64,000 nucleotides of DNA from Setoptus koraiensis (GCA_048013815.1 CM106585.1:17050001-17114000), one strand, 5' to 3'. Shown: positions 47,601 to 58,449, counted from the first letter of the stretch. Translations and numbers: made by a program. The notes: generated by a model not told the origin, from the sequence alone.

Positions 47601-50600
47601 CTGGTTGCGCTTGACCAGCACATGACAACGACATTTCATTTCGGGCCGGCGCGGTTGCGTCTGCTTGCCACATGGACGCACATTGGCGGCCCGTTATGAT
47701 TAATGACCCCGCCATTGCATATGTTTTGGCCAGCCGAGCGGCCTTACATGTTACACTGGCCACACTGGCTGTCGGACGGGCCGCACTCGTCGGGCGGGCC
47801 GCGCTCGTCGGACCGGCCGCGCTAGTCGGGCGACTGGGCGCTTGTGACGCGCTGTTTAGACCGCGCGACACAAGCGCCAGCAGAGCGCCACCCGAGTGCA
47901 AAGACCGCTGCCAAACACACAGCTGGCCCGCTTGACGGTGCCCGCTCACTGGTGCCCACTCGACAGTGCCCGCTCGCTGGTGCCCACTCGACGGTGCCAG
48001 CGCGGAATCGCGGTGAGTCGCGGGCAATTGCGGCGATTCGCGGCAATTATCAATATTCATATTGCACCCGCACTGACAGCGTTGCAGCGATTGTGGCGCT
48101 CGTCGCGATGCTGAGCGGGCCTCCGCTCCGATTTCTGTCGGCGCATTGTGTTTTCTTGAGTTGGCTGCGCCGGGCACAGGCGGCCCGTCGGGCGGCGCGA
48201 TCGGCCCGCGACAGACGCACACTCGAAGCTATCGAGTTACCTTTTATAGGATAACTGGCATTCGGGCCGACTTGCCTGTGGAAGGCGCTTGCAGCGCCTT
48301 CCACTGGCCGCTTTCGCCCGGTTAGTGGCCCGAGGCGCACAAACAACTTGCCAGTGCCACTGCCATTATTATCATTATCGCCTACAAATCTATGCACTGG
48401 CCAGAGATCACCTGAACAGAGTCGCTGGCGGCCACTCCTCCGCTGCGCGCCGCTCCGACGGCCGGACAGGGCCGACAGAACGCCGAACGGCCAGAGAACG
48501 CCGAAGCCCGACAGAACGCCCAACCCCGATGTGACTCCGAACGCCGAACGCCGAACGCCGAGAGACTGTTCGAGCTCGACGCAAGTGGAAACACTGGCCA
48601 GTTCTCACAGGTCCGCGCTGCTCGCTGCCACAAGTCACTCGTCGGTGCCCGCTCGGTACTGTCGGCGCCCGCGCGGTGCCCGCTCGCTGTTTGCCTTGTC
48701 GCGTCTCCCATATTTCTCACGTCTCATGTTATCGCGCGATCAGCTGACCATTTAGCGCGAGCCTCGGGCCGCTCTCACCGCCGCCGACGGTGGCGCTGGT
48801 TGGACGCACCCAGACATCGCCACCGGTCGGCGATTCTCGAGTCGCCATTTTGATCGATCTGATTGATACTTCACATTTTGTCAGCAATCTTGTATTTCGT
48901 CGACAATCTTGTCTCGTCGACAATCTTGTATTTTGTCAGCAATCTTGTCTCGTCGACAATCTCACGTTTTGTCGACGAGTTCTGCGAATGTTTTGCGAAT
49001 TTTCGCCCGAATTTCGGTCACATCACTTACCATATTTTCACTTGGGTCTCGTTCAAATCCAGCAGTTGCGCTATCTCTATTCTTCTGGCGCGCGTTAAAT
49101 ATTTGTTTGTGTAGAATTCTTTCTCTAATTCGGTCAATTGTTTGTTTGTGAAATTGGTCCTGCCCACATTGCCGCTGCCGCCGCCGCCGGTCTGGCCGTT
49201 GGACGATTGACTATTGTGGCGTCCGTTGCGTTGTGTTGCGCCACCCTGGCCGGCCTGGCCGCCGCCCACGCCCATGCCCACCGACAGGGCGCCCATGCCC
49301 GGCGGACCGGCCGACAGGAGACCCGCACTAGAGCGCTCGGCCGAGTTTGGCAACGAGCCCGTGGATGACGAGGCCGACAATTGCGACGGCGAACAATTGT
49401 TCAGACTGGCCTGATGATGGCCACCCAGCAAATTGACTCCGTTGTTTGTTGTTGCGCCGTGCATGACGCCGATGGAACCGAACAGCGGTTTCACGTCGCC
49501 GCTCGTGGTCATTCCGTACGCGGTGCCGTTCATTGACTGGATCTGGCCGTACGGCACCATGGAGCCCGCCGTCCCGTTCGGGTGGCCGGCCGGCGACGTG
49601 GAGGAGTAGCTGTCGTCGCTGTTGATGTTGGTCTGTTGCTGTTGCAGCTTTTGGGCGCCTGCCGCGCGACACCGTTAGTAGTGTGTCGAAAAGTGGACGA
49701 TAGGGGGCCGAGAAATTGGAGAGAGGAAAACGTTAGAAATGCAGTTACGTAAGTTGAGTAATCGCGCCAACGATATGATATAAAAACAAAATATAAACAA
49801 ATGAAACTTACCCGCCGACGAGGGCGCCGAGCGCTTCACCTTCATCCACTTGTACACGACGGGCTGCTGCTGGGGCTCCCTGTTCTGCAGTTGCATCTGA
49901 TGGTGGTTGGCGTTGGCGGTGGCGGTGGTTTGGCTGTTGTTAGTGTTGGTGTTGTTGGTGGTGGTGCTGTTGTTGTTGTTGTTGTCGGCCGACTGCTGCT
50001 GTTGCTGCTGGTGCAAATGCTGCTGACTGGCGGCCTGCTGATCGAGACTTGCACCGTCCGGCACCGAGGTTGCACTGGTTTGTTGCCTGGTCAATTGGTT
50101 ATTTGTCAATGAAGGGGGTGATAAAGAGTGCGCGTTGGCACTCGTCGGCGGTGTTGTCAGGGTGGTAAAAGTCGGCGGAGAGCTCATTTGGTGATGCTGC
50201 ACCAAATGCTGCTGCTGGTGCAAGTGGTGGTGCAAGGGCTGATAGTGGGGCTGGTGCAGATGGTGCTGGTGCTGCGCCTGGTGGTGGTGATGGTGGTGCG
50301 GGGGCGCTTGATGTTGGTGGTGCTGATGTTGTTGGTGCTGTTGTTGCTGGATGTGGTGCGGATGTGCGGCGCCCAATTGGTGCTGGTGCTGCTGGTGATG
50401 CTGGTGGTGATGTTGTTGCTGTTGTTGTTGTTGCTGCTGCTGGATATACTGGTGCTGTTGGTTGTGCGGATTGTGTGTAGTCAATTGGTGCTGCTGGTGC
50501 TGGTGCTGTTGGTGGTGCTGGTGGTGCGCCTGGTGCTGGTGGTGCTGTTGTTGTTGATCGGCCTCTAGTGACACCGACGACGACGAGGGCGAATGTTGCG

Positions 50601-51813
50601 TAAGAGGATGCTGCTGCGGCTGCTGGTGACCTTGTAGAGTTGGCGGCGTCGATATAGGTAGGATCCTCAAATTGGTGCCGGCGGCATGCAGTGCGTCCGC
50701 TGCTGAGGCGCCGAAATTGCTGTTGGCGCTGCTGTTATTAGACTTGTTGCCATTTGTGACAGGCTGCAAAGTTTGGGGCGACTGGTGATTTGGTGGCGTT
50801 CCGTTTGCTGGCGACGCGGCTATTGCGCCCAGTGACGTGGGCACCACCGGCACCACTGGCACGCCGGCAGCAGCAGCTATCGGCAACAATATAGGACTAT
50901 CGGCACAGGTAGCCGGTTGTGCAATACCGTTCATGATGGGATGCTGATGATGATGCTGAAAGTGTTGCTCATAATGTTGCGCGTGTTGCTGATGGTGATG
51001 TTGTTGCTGTTGTTGCAGGTGGTGGTGGTGGTGGTGAAGTTGTTGTTGTGGTTGATGTTGCTGATTATGCAAATGCTGTTGTTGTTGTTGTTGTTGTTGT
51101 GGATGCTGAAAAGCGGCCGCATTCTGATGATGGTGATGTTGCGCGTGGTGCTGGTGGTGAAGGTGGTGAGCGTGCGGCATCAAAATCATGGGATGATGTT
51201 GCTGTTGTTCAATATTGGTTAGATCGGCTGTATTAAGCAAATGATGATGATGTTTGTTGTCCGCTAGCGGTGATTGATTGCTGGCCAGCACTTGTTGTTG
51301 TTGCCGCTGCTGAGTGAATTGCTCCTGATGTAAATCAAGCTGTTGGTGTTGGAGGTGATGAAGCTGCTGGTGCTGCTGTTGTTGTTGTTGATGGTGGTGC
51401 AATTGATGGGGTGCTTGGTGATGCTGTTGTTGTTGTTGTAATTGTTGTTGCTGTTGTTGTTGTTGCTGATGCTGAAAGTGTTGCTGATAAGTGTGATGAT
51501 GCTGTTGATGATTCTGAATTGTCACCGGCGTGATGTTTGCTGTGAGTGTTGGCGTCGATTGGGGACTCACTGCGCTCGCCAGCATGGTGGCATCGCCCGC
51601 GCCTAAACTGACCGGCGACTGATGGTGATAATTGTGAGGTAGGCTCCCATTTGTGATTGGACTAGCCGAGTGATTGAAATGATGATGATGATTATTGTTG
51701 TAGTTGACCCTAGATTGAGTCACTGCGCTTGCTGCTGCCGCCGTCATTGCCGATTGTTCATTATGCGACACAACAGGATTTGATAGATAATCGGTGGCGT
51801 TCTCTGTCTTCAT
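29639..51813 (-). CDS. lab: Hox1/labial homeodomain protein, 977 aa; exons 51813-49812, 49658-49031, 29942-29639
   Basis: Hexapeptide VYKWMKVKR in exon 1. Homeodomain [45 protein letters not shown]|[11 protein letters not shown] has labial-diagnostic RTNFT and MKQKKR. Phases match (G|GC; TG|G) and the CDS of 2002+628+304=2934 nt is a multiple of 3. Confidence 0.95.
32286..32355. repeat. 7-bp minisatellite (CCAGTGT)n, ~10 units
   Basis: Seen directly in the sequence. Confidence 0.93.
33682..33758. repeat. 21-bp minisatellite (TTCGAACTCGCAAGTTCCAGC)n, ~3 units
   Basis: Seen directly in the sequence. Confidence 0.88.
34331..34430. repeat. 13-bp minisatellite (GCGCTCGGAT[A/G]TT)n, ~7 units
   Basis: Seen directly in the sequence. 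Confidence 0.9.
35376..35470. repeat. 9-bp minisatellite (AGCCTCACG)n, ~10 units
   Basis: Seen directly in the sequence. Confidence 0.93.
41952..42027. repeat. 11-bp minisatellite (AGCGCCGAAGC)n, ~6 units
   Basis: Seen directly in the sequence. Confidence 0.93.
42352..42730. repeat. Compound minisatellite: 10-bp AAACGGCCCG/AATGGCTCG units followed by GAAATTCGC-core units
   Basis: Two degenerate arrays at 42352-42492 and 42577-42730. Confidence 0.88.
44427..44503. repeat. 17-bp minisatellite (TTGTCTAACAACGACTG)n, ~4 units
   Basis: Seen directly in the sequence. Confidence 0.92.
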
Positions 51814-52105
51814 CGTAATTAATTAATGAGAGAAAATGTGCTATTATCTTTCTGTTGTATTTCTATTGTATGTTGTATTATTCATTACTAAAAACTATAT
51901 AAACACACACACACACACACATACAACTTCCATTTCGACTGAAATGAAACTGACTTGTGAGTCAGTTCGGCAACACACACACACACACACACACATTCGA
52001 CTCAATCCAGTGCATTTCTTTTATTAGCGCATGCGCACGCGCCTTATTGCTGTTGCCGTAGTCGCTGTAGTTGTCGCTGTAGTTGCCGCTGTTGTAGTTG
52101 TTGCT

Positions 52106-52175
<70 letters not shown>
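52106..52175. repeat. Compound (TAG)n(TTG)n trinucleotide repeat upstream of the labial ATG
   Basis: Seen directly in the sequence. Confidence 0.95.
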
Positions 52176-52176
<1 letters not shown>

Positions 52177-53043
52177 GGCTGTTGTTGCTGGATTGTATTG
52201 ATTCGAATTTCTACATCACCCATTGGTTATTCGCATCAGACTCTAAATGTGCAAGAATGTGTTCTCATATAGAAACAAACAATGATGGTGGCCAACCTCT
52301 AATGTCAGTCCCATACAGCTGATGAGATTGCATAAGAGTAAGAATACAGAGTAGCTGACAAGTTGATTTGAATACAAAATTATCCAATTATTCGAATAAT
52401 AAGCATCAGTAATCTCGCAGGGGCATCACAGTATCTGCTCATCCAGTGTGGCCAATTGTCGAGTTTGGTGGCATATAGACGAACACCTACAATCGTTTGA
52501 CTATTCGCGATTGGTTAACCCAGGGCCAGTGGGCACGCCAGAGTCCACTTGCTTATTATGTGATGACTTGGTCAAGTTCACGAGGCAAACTTGCAAGTAA
52601 CTGTAAAAAAATCAATGAGAAGTCAGGAGTGTAGAAAATACGCTGAAAGTTTATTCCATCCAGATAGACTAAAGAATTTTTCGGCTCAAGCCGCCAGAAC
52701 AAAATGGACAGCGGTCTCGGTGAGGTTTATTGATTCGAGAGAAATCCAAAGAGTCTGATAACAGGCCATGGTGACGAGCAACAACAATAACAAAAGAAAA
52801 ACATTCATCAAATTTCCTGACTCCGACTCATTGGATCCATCAAGTTGACCAGAATCCGTATTGCTTTAATAACTTGTTTAACTTGCTTTAAACTTGTATG
52901 CTGGTGCCGACGACCTATCGTAGTCCGTCACCAAGAGCTTGTGAGGGACCCCTCAGATGTGCCTAGAAAAAGCCCGTTGCGAAGAAAGTAACATTTGTAA
53001 AATGCACCTATAGTTCGTAGAATGCAATACAACATCCTTTATT

Positions 53044-53930
53044 TTATATCACTTGAAAAGTAGGTTGTTTGTCTATTTTACTCTTTGTTCTTTCTTTTTC
53101 TTTATCCGTGTGAGACTTGGGATCCCTGGGATCTTTTCCTTCTATCACAAGTTTGACCTCGTCAGCGTCGAGAGTTTCATACCTGACCAAAGCATCGGCT
53201 AATAATTGCAACTCATTCTTATGTGCCTGTAGTAACACTTTGGTTATATCATATGATTCCTGTAAATATTGAGCAAACAGGGGCTAGTTAGTTAAATGTT
53301 GACGGGGTTGGTTGGTTGTTGGTTGAACCCACGAATCACATTAGAAATCATATTAGAATACTTACGTTTAAAATGTTACTTATCTCTGAGTCTACCAACT
53401 CTATCGTCGCCTCTGAAAATTTTGATTCTCCCTCACGCTGTTCGTTGAGTGTTCTCATGCCCACCTTGTCGGACATTCCATAGTGTTTCACCATACTTGT
53501 GGCTAAATTGTTTGCAGTATCGAGGTCATTACTACATCCTGTGCTAACACGGTCTGATCCTAATATTATCTCTTCAGCTATGCGGCCGCCCAAGTTCACA
53601 TCTATAGACGCTGACAATTGCTCTTTGGTAAAACCAATCCAATCTTTATCTGGTATCATATAACTTGTGTGACCCGCAGATTCGTTGCGCGCTGTTATTG
53701 TCACTTTATTCAATTTGGCCGGATGTTTTACTAATGACCAGCTTCGTGATAGGCAGTGGCCAAATTCTCCTCGGAATCAGGAATTCTGCTTTTAAACTCA
53801 GGTCCCATCATAATTTTGTCTAATAATCCAATAGTCCAACGTTTCTGCAATCACCACATCTAAATTGTCTGTTGCGGCGGCCCTCAATTTGGCAGCCTGA
53901 TTGATAAGATTCTCAAGATCGCTATTTGTA
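53044..53930 (-). pseudogene. YME1L1: Disrupted YME1L/FtsH-family (peptidase M41) C-terminal fragment with one retained intron (53365-53260)
   Basis: DLENLINQAA, DKIMMGPE, TAYHEAGH, GGRIAEEIILG, GCSND and HYGMSDKVG are all present. There is a frameshift near 53821 and TAG TAA stops (53733-53728) right after HEAGH. No intact AAA ATPase domain upstream. Confidence 0.75.
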
Positions 53931-54445
53931 CGCCATCTAGGCGATGAAATCGAAAATTTTCACTCATGAATCATGAAATCAACGAAAGTGTGGTGTGACA
54001 GTCTCGCACCAGGGGTCGCTCCGTTCAGCTCACACATGAGCATGCCAAGGTACAAGGTGTGACAATCTGCCAGTGTCTTTGGCGACCTCTGGTGCGCCAT
54101 AATCACACCACACTTTTGTGTAATGTTTTTGTCGAGAATTCGTTTCGAAAAGGGCGCCATGGATGCGCCATTTTGTTTGTGCGAAAAGCATCCTTTTGCC
54201 GCTGTTGTCCTTTTGTTTTTTACGAGAAACTTGGCGCATCAACACTGCCTGTCAGCCGTCAACAATTCTTGGCATACTTTTTCTATTTCTCTCCACATTT
54301 TAGATCATATATATATGGCACGATTGCCATTGATGCCGACACTAGTATATTACAACTAGATATATCGTCATTATTATCCAACAACCACCGCTAACGAAAC
54401 TAAAAAGGAACCATAAAATCAGACCGATTGCCAAGATATTTGGAT

Positions 54446-54715
54446 ATGTTTCAATTGAAAAAATGGAATCTCGTAGCCATGTGGAGATGGGACGTAGAAT
54501 GTGATATGTGTGCCATTTGTCGTGTACATGTCATGGATGTATGCATAGGATGCCAATCACAAAATAAACAAGACGATTGTGTAATCGTTTGGGGCGAATG
54601 TAATCACTCTTTCCACAATTGCTGTATGTCATCATGGATTCAACAAAATAATAGATGCCCGTTATGTCAGCAAGAATGGAAAATTGATAGGATGGCATCC
54701 ATATTGACCTGTTAA
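54446..54715 (+). CDS. RNF7: RING-box protein 2 (RBX2/SAG/ROC2), 89 aa
   Basis: MFQLKKWNLVAMWRWDVECDMCAICR...VWGECNHSFHNCCMSSWIQQNNRCPLCQQEW matches RBX2 (WDVECD, QNNRCPLCQQ) rather than RBX1. Confidence 0.94.
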   Translation: MFQLKKWNLVAMWRWDVECDMCAICRVHVMDVCIGCQSQNKQDDCVIVWGECNHSFHNCCMSSWIQQNNRCPLCQQEWKIDRMASILTC

Positions 54716-54916
54716 CACAGCGACCTGGGATAGTGGAAAGCAGCCGTCAAGGCATTTATTATTGTTAGTGATATCTACTTTAGTTAATTGTGCCCAGTGT
54801 GTCTATCAAGCATAAATTTGGCATAACACGTTTATCAAGTTGAAAGATTAATTTGGGGCTATAATGACTATGAGAAATAGGATAAAGTTTTTATTTTATT
54901 ATTATTAATATTTGGT

Positions 54917-55987
54917 TTAGATTAAATTTGCTCTGTCTAATACATTTGATCGGCGTCTATCGACCTCAATGGCTGCCGTTGCTAACAAATAGAGGCCGAA
55001 ATCGTTAGTTGGTGCCCTTTGTTGCGATTTGTCTAATTCGTGCCTCTTGCGCCAGCGTTTAGTTAACTTTATTGGTTGAGCGATATTGTTGTTGACATTG
55101 TTATCATTGTCCGAGCCACTTGTCGAGTCTAAATCCGACGTTGGTGGTGAATAGCTGATAGAGTGCGGTGATGAGGTTGTTGAGGGTATTGATGATGGTG
55201 ATGACGGTGATGACGTTGTTGAGGTTATTGACGATGATAATAACGATGACAATGACGATGATAGTGATGAAGCAGCCGATGATGATGATGACGATGATAG
55301 TGACGGTGACGCTAGCGTTGCTGCTGCTGCCGCGGCTGCTGCTGCTGCGTTGTTGTTGTTGTTTGGTATTAGTGTTGTTGTTGGTGTTGATGTTGTTGCA
55401 GTTGTTTTGCGCGTTATAGTATACATGAGGGGATCATTGCCCTCCTTCCTGATCATGTCTGGCAATATTCGCCTGCGCGCGTTTATGAACCAATTGCACA
55501 CTTGTAGAACGGTTAGATTGGCCTCTTGTGATAAATGTAACTTTTCTTCGTCACTAGGATATGCATTGTATTTGTGTTCGGCTAGCCATTGCTTAAGAAT
55601 TTTAACAGAATCTTTAGGTAAATTGCCTCTTCTTTTCCTGCTGCTGCTGCTGTTGCTGCCGCTGCCACTGCTACTGTTATTGCCATTGTTATTGTCTTTG
55701 CTGTAGTCTATGAGGCCCGGCGTGGCTGGTGCCATGTCTGCTGCTGTGTCGTCGTGGTCGTGGTGGTTGTGTTGTTGTCGTTGTTGTTGTTGCTGATGTT
55801 GCTGTTGTTGGTGGTGGTGGTCGTCGCGATCGTCGTCTTCTTCGTCTTCGTGTAAATAGTTGTCATCGTCTAACTGGCTGTAGTTGTAGTTGTAGTTGTC
55901 GGTAGTAGTGATGTGGTTGTTGGCTGCTGTTACAATCATGTTGTTGATGAGGTGCGTGTCGGCTATTGAGGTAGCTTGGTTGTGCAT
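54917..55987 (-). CDS. TGIF: TGIF-class TALE homeodomain protein (achintya/vismay-like), 356 aa, intronless
   Basis: [29 protein letters not shown]...[25 protein letters not shown] has the AYP TALE loop and the TGIF-specific post-homeodomain extension. C-terminal LYLLATAA motif. Confidence 0.95.
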   Translation of the reverse strand: MHNQATSIADTHLINNMIVTAANNHITTTDNYNYNYSQLDDDNYLHEDEEDDDRDDHHHQQQQHQQQQQRQQHNHHDHDDTAADMAPATPGLIDYSKDNNNGNNSSSGSGSNSSSSRKRRGNLPKDSVKILKQWLAEHKYNAYPSDEEKLHLSQEANLTVLQVCNWFINARRRILPDMIRKEGNDPLMYTITRKTTATTSTPTTTLIPNNNNNAAAAAAAAAATLASPSLSSSSSSSAASSLSSSLSSLLSSSITSTTSSPSSPSSIPSTTSSPHSISYSPPTSDLDSTSGSDNDNNVNNNIAQPIKLTKRWRKRHELDKSQQRAPTNDFGLYLLATAAIEVDRRRSNVLDRANLI

Positions 55988-58448
55988 AGTGAGCGAGTGT
56001 GTGTGTGTGTGTCACTTGTAACTTGCGACTTGAACGGTACCGATGGCTGGTCGATAATGAAATGGTTGCAGCGGCTGCCGTCAACTTACATAGTCGCTTG
56101 CAAGCGCGCACTCTGTCTGCTGGCAACGCACACACACACACTGTGCGACAGTGCGAGCCAGTTAGCGAGTCACTCGCATTTAGCGAATGCCCGTTTCTTG
56201 TCCGCTCTGCGCATGCTCAGTGCGCGTGCTCAGACTGTGGCGCGCACTGTGTGTGCCTTGTCGCAAGCGTTGTCAGTGTTGGCGTATTGTGTGACACCCT
56301 TTATCCAGCCAGCAGCCAGCAGCCAGCAGCCAGCCAGCCAGCGAACCGACGGCGACCGACGACGAATGACGCGTCTCTCTTAATTAGCTGCTGCCACTAA
56401 CTCACATTGGCAGCCAGCAGCAGCCAGCGAACAACTTGAACAACTTGCACTGCGAGCACCGCACAACAAGGCTCGCTGAACAGGCCGCGCACAACCGAGC
56501 AACAGTGTGCGCTTGCAACACAGCCAAGCCGACACAGGCAGCGTGGCCCGCTGGGCCAATTATTCGATTGGCGGCGGTCTGTGCAGCGCTAGCACTACTA
56601 GTCTAGTGGTGCGTGTGCAAGTGCCTGTTGTCGCCGTGTGCGCGCCGAGTGTGCGCTCCAGACACACGCTGCCACTAGCAGCTAGTTACTGGCAGCTAGT
56701 TACTGGCGGCTAGTACGTACTAAAAGTGCTATAGTCGCATGGGCTGCCAGTTCCGAGACACTGGAACTTGTGGCTTGCGACGCAAGCGGCCAACGTGCTG
56801 CCTGCTTGTCGCCGCGCGCAGCACACACATGCCGCGCTCCACGTTGCACCGCGTTCGACAGACGCGTTCGAATTTCGGTGCTGTCGCTCGTCGATATAAT
56901 CATACAACATTATTTATGCACGCTCTACGCTGGCGCTGATGGCGGCTCTTACTCTTGTTAAGCGGCGGCTGTTTGGCGTCGTCGACTCGACCACGTCGAG
57001 TGCGGCCTTGGTCGCAGCGGCGGTTGCAACCTCTTGCAACTTGTGCAAAGTGTGTCAACTGTGTCAATTGTGCCGACGCTGCCGCTGGTGCCGACTGTGC
57101 CGCTGGTGCCGAATGTGCCGCTGGTGCCGATTGTGCCGCTGGTGCCGGTAGTGCCGACTGTGCCAGTGGTGCAAGTGGTGCAAATGGTGCAAATGGTGCA
57201 AGTGTGCCGGTGGTGCCGGTGGTGCCGGCGGTGCAGCCACAAGTCGCCTCGGCCGCGTGTCTCGACCCGCCAGTGTCGAGACTCGAGAGTGGCCCGGTCG
57301 CAATGTGACTGGCGATGCAGGGGCCGCAGCGCAGGGCGATGGGCAGCGGTGCAGGTCGCTAGGCCGCCTAACTTCAAGTTTTGGGCGGCCGCTTTTAACC
57401 AGTCTCAACCGTTGAGACTCACAACGTTGTCACGTTTACAACGTGCGCGACCGCAGTCACCGGGAAGCGAAGCGGTCATAACAGACTGTTACATTAACAG
57501 TGTTACGCGGCCACGTGGGCCGCGTCTCGTGGCTCCTCCGGTCGACTGGCGTGCCCGGCACACTGTTGCTATGTCGGCGTGCAACGACCGAAACACGCCC
57601 CCCTGCCTACGCTCGCGGCTCGCCCTAGCCTCCCAAAATGGGACAGGAAGTGGCGGGAAATCGGGCACGGGGCACGGAAATATCCCCATTTTCAAATCAA
57701 TTTACTACAGTGTTTTGTTGCACTTGTAAACGCGTCTCTCATCACACTGTATACACTGTACTGTATAAACTGTATATGAACTGGCGCGGTCGTAGGCAAG
57801 GGATTATCCGCGGGGTCGACAGCCAGCCAACAGAAGAGACAACAACAAAAGCACGACCCAGCCAGACCAGCAACAGGCGAGGTCGCTCAAGGACAAGCAA
57901 CAGATATTAGCATATATTGGGGATATTTATTATCATTATTAATATTATTATTATTTGCGAGTGTTCGCGAGGACGGCATTGTGAGGAGGACGGGAATAAG
58001 TTATTCGGAATAAGGGTTGAGATTAACAGGCAAACGGGCAGCAGTCGATCGATAGACGACCATCACTATAAAGTGCTCAAAATAAAGATGCGAACGTAGA
58101 TAGAGCCGCGGACGGCCGGACAGATGAGCCAGCAAGATTACAGGTCGGACAGTGACATGTGTTGTAGTTAAGTGCACGCCGTGTCACACACCTAAGACAA
58201 CTGGCGCCACCATTGCAGGCAACGTGCGTCCTCCGGCAAACATTTTAAACTGTTTAAACTGATCTCATAAGCCCAATAACAGCAATAGATTATAATTGTT
58301 GTTGTGTGGTTGTTACTCTCCAACAACCGCCCCGTAAAAGTACACACAGCAACAACAACTGAAAGTTAAATATTATCATCGGTTGCAACGCCGCCGCCGC
58401 CGCATTATTATTATTTACCCAAACCTATTTACCTGTCCGGCCAGCGAC

Positions 58449-58449
<1 letters not shown>

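Larger units (their letters stand above)
29943..49030 (-). other. labial intron 2 (19,088 nt), phase 2 inside homeodomain Trp48 codon
   Basis: Donor ATATG|gtaagtgatg at 49030 and acceptor cgttatag|GTTCCAAAAT at 29943. I found no other FQNRR-coding exon in between. Confidence 0.9.

Noticed and set aside
30000-49000. Dozens of 60-360-aa ORFs on both strands in the labial intron (e.g. 42121-43212, 31601-32458, 44482-45345)
   Set aside because: They overlap in all frames, are R/A/S/C-rich translations of GC-rich tandem repeats, and carry no recognisable domains. They are expected by chance where stop codons are scarce.
29943-49030. Recursive-splicing AG|GT points (minus strand, ~30833, ~39817, ~48413) and Hox miRNAs miR-10/miR-993
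   Set aside because: The AG|GT candidates lack pyrimidine tracts, and I could not find either mature miRNA sequence by eye.
49801-51236. V/L-rich + strand ORFs opposite labial exon 1 and TGIF
   Set aside because: These are antisense shadows of CAG/CAT/CAA codon repeats.
52835-52842. TGATGGAT Lab/Exd autoregulatory-type site (also at ~59133)
   Set aside because: Two hits of an 8-mer in 64 kb on both strands is about chance expectation. It would need conservation data.
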